This document shows, piece after piece, positions 55,408 through 64,000 of a stretch of DNA of 64,000 nucleotides. Below the pieces are notes generated by a model. The model searched no databases. It had not been told where the DNA came from and was given only the letters and a program-made list of their open reading frames with translations. The DNA comes from Gammaproteobacteria bacterium. GTDB lineage: Bacteria > Pseudomonadota > Gammaproteobacteria > Eutrophobiales > Eutrophobiaceae. The position numbers and the translations under genes are program-made. Each line of letters opens with the position of its first letter. The first letter of the stretch is position 1. The stretch lies in contig OZ244905.1 of NCBI GenBank assembly GCA_965221695.1, forward strand, positions 416,001-480,000, written 5' to 3'.

Positions 55408-57870
55408 ATGGGTATTTTCAGGACATTCGATAATGGGAGCTACCGGGCTGTTTTACTCCCGAAACGTTATCTTACGGCGGCAATCCTTGCGCTGCCGTTC
55501 ATATTGCAACCGGCCAGTTTCACATTTGCCCAGGAGAGCGGCATCGACGCGCTGATGGAAGAAATAACCGTTACTGCCAGGAAACGCGAAGAGGGCTTGC
55601 AGGATACCCCGATTGCGGTCTCTGTGTTCAGCGGCGAGAGCCTTGAGGCGCGCGGTGTTCAGCGGATTGATGAAATCGCCGGGCTGACGCCGAACATGTC
55701 GTTCGACAATATCAACACCAACGGTGGCGGCGGTAATAGCGCGGCCGTGTTCCTGCGTGGCGTCGGCCAACGCGACTTTCTGCCTTCCGCCGACCCCGGA
55801 GTGGGTATCTACGTGGACGGGGTATATTACGCCCGTAGCATTGGTTCGGTACTGGACATCATCGATATCGAGCGTGTCGAAGTCCTGCGCGGCCCGCAGG
55901 GCACGCTGTTCGGCCGTAATACCACGGGTGGCGCTATCGCGATCCACACCCAGAAGCCCCATGAAGAATTCGAGGGTAAGGTGCGGATTAGAATGGGCAT
56001 CGACGACCGGCTTGACTTGCTCGGCAAGGTCAATGTGCCGCTCAGCGACAACCTTTACATGAATGCGACCGTCGCCAAGTTCGACCAGGACGGTTTCGTG
56101 GTAAACCCACTCGATGGCATGGATACCGGGGACGATGACACCTTCGCCGTTCGCAGCGCGTTGCGCTGGCAAGCGAATAATAACATTGAGGTTAATATCA
56201 GCGGCGACTACTCCCGTGACCGGGAAAACGGTCAGGCGCGCGTGATAACGGAAAACCCCAATCGCGTTGTTGACTTAATACCAGGAAACCAGAATGTCTT
56301 CAACCATAATGTCTTACTGGGCGCCAATTCGCCGTTTAATCCGGCTAATGGCGGCGCTGGTCTGGGTAACCCGGGCACGCCTTTTCCCAGGAGCTTCAGT
56401 AACTGTGACGCGACACCCGCTAACGTCGCTGGGACCCATCCGGATTGCGCTAATGCCAGCAATATAGCCCTCGGACAGAATACAGGCACCATGCCGACCT
56501 TCTCCAACCATGATATCTACGGTTTTTCCGGAACGATCGACTGGCAGATCTCGGAGAATCTGGAAATCAAGTCCATCACCGCCTACCGTAATGTCGACAG
56601 CACATTTGCGCACGATGGCGACAATACCCCTTACTACCTGTCCTGGGTAAGAGACGAGATATATAAACAAGAGCAGTTTACCCAGGAAATACACTTGCAG
56701 GGCACGGGATTTAATGACCGCTTCCAGTGGATACTTGGCGGCTTCTATTTCACGGAAGACGGTAACAACTACAACCCGGTGGATTTTGCTCCTGTAGATA
56801 TAGAAAGCGGCGGTAAGTTCGACCATGAGAGCATCGCGGGTTTTGCCCAAGGCACGTTTGACGTAACGGACAAGCTACATATTACCGCTGGCATACGCTA
56901 CACTGACGATACCAAGGATTTCATAGTCACTAGTGACGGAACGTATAGCACAACTGGTAATTACTTTACCATGGGCGCGACCAGTGACGTGGTAAATATT
57001 CAGTCTATGACGATTGCGTTTTTTCCACCTGGATTTTTGCGAAAGCTGGTATCAGATGGCACCTACACCCTGAAAGCCGACGACTGGACCCCTATGGTGA
57101 ATATTGCTTACGACTGGAACGACAATCTCATGACTTACTTCACCTACTCGGAAGGTTTCAAGAGTGGCGGCGTACAACAACGCAATGCTGGGATATTCAC
57201 CGAAGGTGCGCCTGTTTATGATCCGGAATTTGTCGAGTCCTTTGAACTCGGCTTCAAATTCAGCACGCCTGATGGTCGCTTTGTCCTGAATGCAGCCGCG
57301 TTCTATGCCGACTATACGGACATTCAACTGGAAACCCTGGCACCCGATGGCATCGCCCCACAGCTTGACAATGCCGGCGAGGGCGAGATAAAAGGGTTCG
57401 AACTGGAATCACGCTGGTCGCCTCTTGACACCTGGTTTTTAGAAGTGGCTCTCGGTCATCTTGATGCGGTGATCACGGAATCCGACCCCAGCGTGGTCAA
57501 CGAAGGCGGCCCTGACAAGGGCGACAGGTTGCCGCAGGTGCCGCGCTGGTCGCTGGCCGCCTCGCTCATCAAGGAATTCGGCCTGGGCGATATGGGCACG
57601 CTTATCGCACGCCTGGATTATAGCTACCGTACCAAGGTGTTTTTTGACCCGGCCAACGACCCGGGCAGTGTTATGCAATCCCATGGCCTGATGAATGCCA
57701 GTGTGGGTTGGGACAGCGCCAATGACAAGTTTTCGCTGATCTTCCATGCGAACAATATCTTCGACAAGCGCCGCATAATCTACACGGAACTTTCAGGGTC
57801 GGCACGTACGCAGAACGATGTACTGGCCCGTGATTTTGCCTGGTACCTGACCGGCGAATACCGCTTCTGA
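55408..57870 (+). CDS. TonB-dependent receptor
   Basis: EEITVTARKREE TonB box, RVEVLRGPQGTLFGRN plug motif, C-terminal YRF. Start trimmed because the ORF-track extension crosses the MITE. Confidence 0.93.
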   Translation: MGIFRTFDNGSYRAVLLPKRYLTAAILALPFILQPASFTFAQESGIDALMEEITVTARKREEGLQDTPIAVSVFSGESLEARGVQRIDEIAGLTPNMSFDNINTNGGGGNSAAVFLRGVGQRDFLPSADPGVGIYVDGVYYARSIGSVLDIIDIERVEVLRGPQGTLFGRNTTGGAIAIHTQKPHEEFEGKVRIRMGIDDRLDLLGKVNVPLSDNLYMNATVAKFDQDGFVVNPLDGMDTGDDDTFAVRSALRWQANNNIEVNISGDYSRDRENGQARVITENPNRVVDLIPGNQNVFNHNVLLGANSPFNPANGGAGLGNPGTPFPRSFSNCDATPANVAGTHPDCANASNIALGQNTGTMPTFSNHDIYGFSGTIDWQISENLEIKSITAYRNVDSTFAHDGDNTPYYLSWVRDEIYKQEQFTQEIHLQGTGFNDRFQWILGGFYFTEDGNNYNPVDFAPVDIESGGKFDHESIAGFAQGTFDVTDKLHITAGIRYTDDTKDFIVTSDGTYSTTGNYFTMGATSDVVNIQSMTIAFFPPGFLRKLVSDGTYTLKADDWTPMVNIAYDWNDNLMTYFTYSEGFKSGGVQQRNAGIFTEGAPVYDPEFVESFELGFKFSTPDGRFVLNAAAFYADYTDIQLETLAPDGIAPQLDNAGEGEIKGFELESRWSPLDTWFLEVALGHLDAVITESDPSVVNEGGPDKGDRLPQVPRWSLAASLIKEFGLGDMGTLIARLDYSYRTKVFFDPANDPGSVMQSHGLMNASVGWDSANDKFSLIFHANNIFDKRRIIYTELSGSARTQNDVLARDFAWYLTGEYRF

Positions 57871-57887
57871 GGAAATCGAATTATTCC

Positions 57888-57932
57888 ATCCCGGATATCC
57901 CGCTTAATACAGGATTAGGCGATGTCCGGGAT
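57888..57932. terminator. Hairpin between convergent genes
   Basis: ATCCCGGATATC ... GATGTCCGGGAT. Confidence 0.55.
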
Positions 57933-57971
57933 CAATCGGAAGATATCATCGCCATCGGTGGGATATTCGGG

Positions 57972-58457
57972 TTATATCGGCAAAGGCGAAAGCATGCTGA
58001 GCTGTCGGGTCTTTAGCACGACCCGGCGGCTGAGCAATTTCCAGGTATCCGTATCTCTTTCCCAGCAATCGTCATATCGGCCCACTGCATAACAGGACGT
58101 AACGCCTTGCTGATCGGTATGGTACAACGCGAAGCTGCTGGATGTATGCGCGCCGGGTTCGTCTACTTGCATCACATCCACTGATATTACCCGGGTTTGC
58201 TCCACTTCGGCAATCTCCCATTCATGTTCCGGCATCGCGTTAATGCGATCGCTTAATTGCGACCGCTGACATTGCATCCAGATCATGGGTTCGGGTAGTT
58301 CGGGCGCGCGGGTTATAATCGTATACATGCCCTCTTCCTTGTAGAGATCCAGGTAGGCAGGAAAGTTATGGTCGTCCAGAAAACGGGCGGAGGCGTGAAT
58401 CAGGCGATCCAATTCAAGTTGCGTGCCAGCCTCCACGGATGTCGCAGCTCTATTCAT
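57972..58457 (-). CDS. Rieske oxygenase beta subunit (MsmB-like/NTF2 fold)
   Basis: SARFLDD..F..YLDL, VGRYDD, RRVVLKTRQL; coupled to the alpha gene. Confidence 0.8.
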   Translation of the reverse strand: MNRAATSVEAGTQLELDRLIHASARFLDDHNFPAYLDLYKEEGMYTIITRAPELPEPMIWMQCQRSQLSDRINAMPEHEWEIAEVEQTRVISVDVMQVDEPGAHTSSSFALYHTDQQGVTSCYAVGRYDDCWERDTDTWKLLSRRVVLKTRQLSMLSPLPI

Positions 58458-59664
58458 GTCCGGCGTTGAGATCGTGCGCTTGATAACCCGTGAGGCGGCT
58501 CCACTCTTTATAGAAGTTGCGCAGAGAGGAATCGCTCATTGGCCCGTCTTCCTCCCGTGCGATAATACTGTAGCGGCTGCTGCCGTTCTCCATGTTGCGC
58601 ATCTGCGCCTGAACCGCCCAAACGTCTTCCGCCAGGTTGATGCCGGTGGGTCCCCACACCTGGTTATGGTGGCGCACGCGCAAGGCGCGCGCCGCATCGG
58701 TGTCCCCTGCCAGGCCCAGGCCCCGGCATTCTAGCAAAGTGCGCGTCGGCGACAAGGGCATGATCGAATCGATCCGGGCCACGGTGGAACGGCAGTTCAG
58801 CAACATGTCCGGAAACAGGTTGATCACCACGTGCCCATTCGGCGCCATGCCGGGCATCATATCGGACTCACGTTGTTCATACTTCAGGTTTCCATAACTG
58901 ATACTGGCATGATCGAAGCTGACATGGCCCCGTTGGTGACAACGCCATTGCCGCTTCCGGTACTCTTGCTGGGCAACGCCGGTGGTGCGGTTCAACAGGT
59001 GTAACAGCTCGTGATAGCCCTCGTAGTTCGTTTCGACGAACAGTTTCCAGTTGGCCTGAATTTCCGTTCGATGCAGGTGGAACACTTCAAGATCGGCGAG
59101 TCCGAACGGCGTGCGTATAGCCTCGATAACGGCTTCTCCCAGGTACTCGCGCAGGGAACATGCCTCGTCATCCAGACATATAAAAACGAGATCAAACAGC
59201 GTTTCCACACGCACGGCTTTCAGGTTGGTATCTTCTTTTTGGACGGATGAGTCCCGGTATCCCGACGGCCGGGAAATTCCCGCACATTGGCCTTTTTCGT
59301 CATAACTCCACAAATGGTAAAAACAAGTCATGCGCCCTTGTTCCAAAGCGCCGCGCGTTTTGCGGATGACCCGGGCGCCCCGATGCGCACAACTGTTGTA
59401 AAAGGCCCGTAATTCCCGGTCTTTTCCCCTCACCAGGATCAATTCATGGCCAGCCACTTGCGCAAGGCGGAAATCGTGCGGGTTGGGAAGCTCAGAAGCA
59501 TGGCAGATGAAACGCCAGGTTCGGGACAGGACCGCGCGTGTTTCCGTTTCAAACACCTTTGGATTGGTGTAAATACGGTTATCCAGATAGTGTGTCGGCG
59601 GCAACTCCGGCCGGTTGCGACTATCCAACCTGGATCGCATCTTTTCCAGGGTTCCGGTCGTCAT
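58450..59664 (-). CDS. Rieske oxygenase alpha subunit, methanesulfonate monooxygenase MsmA-like clade
   Basis: HYLDNRIYT, CAH-x19-CFYH, ETNYEGYH, HHNQVWGPTG.NLAED. Confidence 0.8.
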   Translation of the reverse strand: MTTGTLEKMRSRLDSRNRPELPPTHYLDNRIYTNPKVFETETRAVLSRTWRFICHASELPNPHDFRLAQVAGHELILVRGKDRELRAFYNSCAHRGARVIRKTRGALEQGRMTCFYHLWSYDEKGQCAGISRPSGYRDSSVQKEDTNLKAVRVETLFDLVFICLDDEACSLREYLGEAVIEAIRTPFGLADLEVFHLHRTEIQANWKLFVETNYEGYHELLHLLNRTTGVAQQEYRKRQWRCHQRGHVSFDHASISYGNLKYEQRESDMMPGMAPNGHVVINLFPDMLLNCRSTVARIDSIMPLSPTRTLLECRGLGLAGDTDAARALRVRHHNQVWGPTGINLAEDVWAVQAQMRNMENGSSRYSIIAREEDGPMSDSSLRNFYKEWSRLTGYQAHDLNAGHE

Positions 59665-59767
59665 CAGATGATAATTTACTGTCAGTTGGTTAAACGCCAG
59701 CCGATATCTTATACCCTGTTTGCCTCCGGCCGTGATTTAACCTGTGTGTGCTATATTGGGTTATCTC

Positions 59768-60814
59768 ATGTTTCCCGTCTATCTTATCAAATTGCTGCTG
59801 TTGTCTTCCATCCTGGCGCTGCCCGCCTGCGGCTCGCAATCGGATATTGAAATCATTCGGGCTGTAAGCATGTTGCCCAGACAGACCGACTATACCAGAG
59901 ATTTCGAACAGTGGATAAACCAGGTCAACAAGGCGGGCAAGGGCAAATTCAGGATAATCTTCGTTGGCGGGCCGGAGGCGTTGCCAACGTTTGAGCAGGC
60001 CGATGCCGTCAGGTCCGGCGTAGTGCACATGGTGTACGGCCCGGCAACCTACTACATGGGTCTGCTGCCGGAGGTCGAAGCTATGTTTGCCAGTAATGTG
60101 CTTCCTTGGGAAACCCGCGCCAACGGCGCGATTGAATTGATGGACAGGATACACCAGGAGAAACTGGGGGCGCGTTACCTGGCCCGCGCCGCGTTCATTG
60201 AATTTCACGTGTTCACCCGGGAGCGTCCGGTAATCAATGCCGAGGGAATGCCGGAACTGCGCGGGTGGAGTATCCGCGGCGGCCCGGTATGGCGGGATTT
60301 TATCAGTAGCCTTGGCGCCCGGTTCGTCAATGTTGCCGCGCCGGACATCTATATGGCCCTGGAGCGCAACATGATCCAGGGGATAGGCTGGCCAATCGTC
60401 GGTCTGCAGGATTCCTCCTGGCACCAGCACCTCGAATATCGCATTGATCCTGGCGTGTTTTCCAGCGATATGGGTATCATCTTCAACCAGGCGCGTTGGG
60501 CGCAGCTCCCGAAGGAGGTTCGCGACACACTGCTGGCCGCCGCGATAGAGTATGAAACAGACAGTTACCGGCGTTTCGAACAGCTTACCCGGGAGCAGGA
60601 TGCGCGTCTTCGGGCACTGGGTATGAAGGTGATTGAACTCGATGGAGACGGCGAAAGGAAATACCGCAAACTTGCCCACGACGTAATCTGGAATCGTCTG
60701 CAGGTCCGCTCGCCCGAATACTACGGGAAACTGCGAAACGGTTTTTATCGGGAAATGGAATCAGGTAAGCAACGCGTGAATCCTGGTGAAATACAAACCG
60801 GCCATGAACGATAA
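59768..60814 (+). CDS. dctP: TRAP transporter substrate-binding protein (DctP family, lipoprotein-like signal)
   Basis: GGPEA, DAVRSGVV, DIYMALERN; LPAC lipobox. Confidence 0.85.
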   Translation: MFPVYLIKLLLLSSILALPACGSQSDIEIIRAVSMLPRQTDYTRDFEQWINQVNKAGKGKFRIIFVGGPEALPTFEQADAVRSGVVHMVYGPATYYMGLLPEVEAMFASNVLPWETRANGAIELMDRIHQEKLGARYLARAAFIEFHVFTRERPVINAEGMPELRGWSIRGGPVWRDFISSLGARFVNVAAPDIYMALERNMIQGIGWPIVGLQDSSWHQHLEYRIDPGVFSSDMGIIFNQARWAQLPKEVRDTLLAAAIEYETDSYRRFEQLTREQDARLRALGMKVIELDGDGERKYRKLAHDVIWNRLQVRSPEYYGKLRNGFYREMESGKQRVNPGEIQTGHER

Positions 60815-61313
60815 ACCACAAGGCATCTACGAACAGGTTCTGTTCGGACTTTTTGCGACCGGCGCGATCATTCTTGCCACGGTAACGCTGCTGATTCTCT
60901 ATGACGTGATTGCGCGTCTGACCGGTCTGCCGGCATTCCCTCATACCCTGGCATACACGGAATATGGCCTGTATTACCTCACCCTGCTCGGCGCGCCCTG
61001 GCTGGCGCGGACAAAACGCCATATCTATATACAACTGCTGAGCGCGATGATATCGCCCTCCCTAAGGCCACTGATCTTCCGGCTGAGCTACCTGATTTGC
61101 GCGCTTACTTGCGCCGTTATCTGTTATTACGCCGGCTTGGTCACGTTTGAGACCTGGCTCCGGGGCGATGAGGAAGTGCGCTCATTCGATATGCCGCGCT
61201 GGCTGGTATTCATCGTTATGCCCATCACGTTCTCGTTGTTGAGCATCGAATTCTGCCGTTATCTGTTGGGCTTTGACAATATGTACGATGCCGAGATCGG
61301 GGTTAAAGAATGA
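60804..61313 (+). CDS. dctQ: TRAP transporter small permease
   Basis: Four TMs; DVIAR, GAPW...HI. Confidence 0.85.
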   Translation: MNDKPQGIYEQVLFGLFATGAIILATVTLLILYDVIARLTGLPAFPHTLAYTEYGLYYLTLLGAPWLARTKRHIYIQLLSAMISPSLRPLIFRLSYLICALTCAVICYYAGLVTFETWLRGDEEVRSFDMPRWLVFIVMPITFSLLSIEFCRYLLGFDNMYDAEIGVKE

Positions 61314-61338
61314 CACTCTATCCTGGGAAATCGGGCAA

Positions 61339-62664
61339 ATGTCGCTGATCTGGTTCGCCGCGTTCGCGCTGATGCTTGGCATCACGATTTTCCTGATTGC
61401 GTTGGGAATACCGGTCGCGTTCGCGTTCCTGGGCGCCGACCTGATCGGCGTAATGCTGTTTATGGGAGGCGATGCCGGACTGGCGCAACTGGTCCGCAAC
61501 GCAGCAAACGCGTTGACCCGGTTCTCCCTGGTTCCGGTTCCGCTGTTCCTGATCATGGGAGAGATGTTTTTTCATTCCGGACTGGGCTTCAGGGCATTCA
61601 ACGCGCTGGACAAGTTGTTCGGACGCCTGCCGGGACGGTTGTCATTCATTACTGTCGGCGGCGGGACCATGTTCGCCGCGCTGTCCGGTTCGAGCATGGC
61701 CTCCACGGCGCTGCTGGGAACCCTGATGGTCCCGGAAATGAAAAAACGCGGTTACAAAAACCGCCTGTCAATCGGGCCGATATTGGGCACTGGCGGTCTG
61801 GCCATACTCATACCGCCCTCAGCGCTGGCCGTTCTGTTGGGCAGCCTGGCCTATATCGATATCGGTATGCTGCTCATCGCCGGAATTGTCCCGGGGCTGG
61901 CGCTGGCGCTGCTGTATGGGATTTACATCATCATCAGCATCCGTATCGATCCGGAGTCGGCCCCGGCATACGAAGTGACGGAAATACCTTTTAAAATGAA
62001 GTTGCTGTTGGTCGCCAGAGACGTGTTGCCAATGGGCTTCATCGTCTTCCTGGTAGTCGGCATGATCATCCTGGGCTGGGCAACTCCCACCGAGTCGGCA
62101 GCCTGCGGCGTAGCCGGGGTAATGCTACTGGCCGCCTGCTTTCGCTGTCTTTCCGTTGACGTGATCACGAAATCATTCCTGGGCGCCACCCGGGTTACGG
62201 TCATGATGTTCATGATCATTCTCGGCGCGACGACATTCAGCAAGGCGTTGGCCTTTTCCGGCGCCACCACCGGCCTGGTGGAGTGGGTTAGCGCGCTGAC
62301 ACTGACGCCCATCGCAGCATTGCTCATCATGTTCGTTGTGATGTTAATGCTGGGGGCCTTTATGGAGCAGTTATCAATGATGATGCTGACCCTGCCCGTG
62401 TTTGTCCCCCTGGCCCATTTTTTCGGTTTCGATATGATCTGGTTCGGCGTGATCGTGCTGCTGGCCCTGGAAATGAGCCTGACCATGCCGCCGATGGGTC
62501 TGCTGTTGTTCGTAATGAAAGGCGTTGCGCCGCCCGGCACACGCATGCAGGACATCTGGCTGGCCGCCCTGCCTTTTATGGGATGCTCGGCGTTATTATT
62601 GTTGTTACTGCTGCTGTACCCCGACATCGCGCTGTGGCTGCCGGAACTCAGCAAACCCGGTTAG
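61339..62664 (+). CDS. dctM: TRAP transporter large permease
   Basis: VPLFLIMGE, SGSSMAS, LIPPS, ATPTESA, TMPPMG. Confidence 0.92.
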   Translation: MSLIWFAAFALMLGITIFLIALGIPVAFAFLGADLIGVMLFMGGDAGLAQLVRNAANALTRFSLVPVPLFLIMGEMFFHSGLGFRAFNALDKLFGRLPGRLSFITVGGGTMFAALSGSSMASTALLGTLMVPEMKKRGYKNRLSIGPILGTGGLAILIPPSALAVLLGSLAYIDIGMLLIAGIVPGLALALLYGIYIIISIRIDPESAPAYEVTEIPFKMKLLLVARDVLPMGFIVFLVVGMIILGWATPTESAACGVAGVMLLAACFRCLSVDVITKSFLGATRVTVMMFMIILGATTFSKALAFSGATTGLVEWVSALTLTPIAALLIMFVVMLMLGAFMEQLSMMMLTLPVFVPLAHFFGFDMIWFGVIVLLALEMSLTMPPMGLLLFVMKGVAPPGTRMQDIWLAALPFMGCSALLLLLLLLYPDIALWLPELSKPG

Positions 62665-62758
62665 CGGGATCGCAGTCTTGCTCAGATATTAATCCAGCCA
62701 AAACGTCCTGAGCAAGGCAGACCTATTGTCCTTTATAAGGCGTTTTGTTGCGTACTGG

Positions 62759-62778
62759 ATTCCCGTTTCCACGGGAAT
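62759..62778. repeat. ATTCCC-N8-GGGAAT REP-like palindrome
   Basis: CTGG-ATTCCCGTTTCCACGGGAAT between convergent genes. Confidence 0.7.
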
Positions 62779-62800
62779 GGTATACCAGTACTCTTTCAAC

Positions 62801-63598
62801 TTAACCAGGGGTTTCTGATAATTGCGCCACTTTATCTGTCTTCTGCTCCGCGCCGATGGCCGCGTAGCCGCTGTCAACGGGCACATCAGCGCCGTTGATG
62901 CCGGACGCGGCGTCTGAACACAGGAACACCACGGTTCGGGCGACCTCTTCCGGGTCCACTGCGCGGCCGGACAGGTGAAAATCTCCGGCAACCCGGTCTG
63001 CTTTGGCCCGGTCATTACCGGTCATGTCGCGAATAACGTTCGACCAGACCCAGCCGGGGGAGACGCAGTTGACGCGTATATTGTCCTCGGCCAGTAGCAG
63101 CGCTTCATTCCGGGTCGCGCCCATGATCGCCGCCTTCGAGGCGCCATACAGAAGACGCCCTGGCTGCGCTCGCTTCCCGCTGATGCTGGCAAAGTTCACG
63201 ATCGCGCCGCCACCGCGCCGGCGCATGTGCGGCGCCACTTTTTGCACGAATATGGCTCCGCTTATCAGGTTCACGTCCAGGGCCTGGCGCCATTCGTCAC
63301 GGGTCGAAGCAATGCCGTTGTCCAAGTAAGTGCAGGCGACGTTGACCAGATAATCAATACCGCCCCAGGTATTGAGCGTTTGTTCTATGACCGCATCGAT
63401 TTGGGCATCGTCAGTAATGTCAGCATGGATAAACCTGAGTCCGTTTCCTGCCTCCTCTTCCAGTTCACGTCCGCCTGCTTCATCGATGTCACAGACCGTC
63501 ACCTGTGCGCCGGCTTTGATGAATTCATGGGCAACCTTTCTGCCGATCAGGGTTGCGCCGCCCGGCACAAGGGCGACTTTGCCATTGAGATCTATCAT
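62801..63598 (-). CDS. SDR oxidoreductase (IifB-like subfamily)
   Basis: GGATLIG, NVACTYLD, YGASK, SPGWVWS. Confidence 0.85.
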   Translation of the reverse strand: MIDLNGKVALVPGGATLIGRKVAHEFIKAGAQVTVCDIDEAGGRELEEEAGNGLRFIHADITDDAQIDAVIEQTLNTWGGIDYLVNVACTYLDNGIASTRDEWRQALDVNLISGAIFVQKVAPHMRRRGGGAIVNFASISGKRAQPGRLLYGASKAAIMGATRNEALLLAEDNIRVNCVSPGWVWSNVIRDMTGNDRAKADRVAGDFHLSGRAVDPEEVARTVVFLCSDAASGINGADVPVDSGYAAIGAEQKTDKVAQLSETPG

Positions 63599-64000
63599 AA
63601 TGCTTTTACCTCCTGGGCTATGATTTTAATGCCTTCTCTGACTACATCGTCATGCATCGAATAAGTAATACGTATGCACTCGTTTTTATGCGCCCAGGAA
63701 TCACCGTCCAGCCCCGGGAAGAAATATTGTCCGGGGATGATCAGCACACCCCGCTGCTTCAGGCGGTGGTACAGTTCCAGACTGCTGACCGGCAGGCCGG
63801 GAAACCACAGCCAGAGGAAGATCGCTCCCTCCGCTTTATGTATGTAGTAATCAATGCCCGCCAGTTCCTCGTGCAGCAACGCAGTGGCCCGTTGCGCCTT
63901 CGCTTGGTAATAAGGCCGTATCAGTGATTTGCTGATTTCAGTCACTTTGCCGGATCGAACCAAGTCGTATGCCAGGGCCGGGCCGACACTCTCCGGCGCC
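63595..64000 (-). CDS. avtA: Valine--pyruvate transaminase, C-terminal part
   Basis: HKAEGAIFLWLWF, GVLIIPG.YFFPGL, ECIR; 5' end lies beyond the window. Confidence 0.85.
   Translation of the reverse strand, partial: APESVGPALAYDLVRSGKVTEISKSLIRPYYQAKAQRATALLHEELAGIDYYIHKAEGAIFLWLWFPGLPVSSLELYHRLKQRGVLIIPGQYFFPGLDGDSWAHKNECIRITYSMHDDVVREGIKIIAQEVKAL

Overview
This 64-kb window is chromosomal DNA of a Gammaproteobacterium, judged from the conserved blocks uvrC-pgsA-tRNA-Gly/Cys/Leu, serT-yccA and ftsK-lolA-rarA-serS. It is rich in catabolic genes: two amidohydrolases, catechol 2,3-dioxygenase, three Rieske oxygenase alpha subunits, IcmF with LiuR, a split B12 acyl-CoA mutase, glcDEF, urease, a TRAP transporter and a TonB receptor. 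Five things stand out. (1) A degraded, integrase-less 3.5-kb island at tRNA-Leu carries a Thoeris ThsB-like TIR gene coupled to an unrecognised single-TM gene that an IS3 has interrupted; the gene can be reconstructed across the 3-bp TSD. The island also holds a remnant of an Avs/STAND-like gene. (2) A 151-bp MITE family (3 full copies plus solo 27-bp palindromes) shows compensatory base changes and CsrA/RsmA-consensus GGA hairpins, oriented on the strand of the adjacent minus-strand genes. (3) A ~460-bp structured non-coding repeat occurs twice, one copy hit by a second MITE, and punctuates a cluster of intact and decayed toxin-antitoxin modules. (4) An orphan CcrM-like methyltransferase sits in an operon with hicAB. 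(5) The tRNA-Ser 5' end is duplicated and carries a 72-bp multi-hairpin insert. All family calls come from motif recognition by eye; no searches were run.
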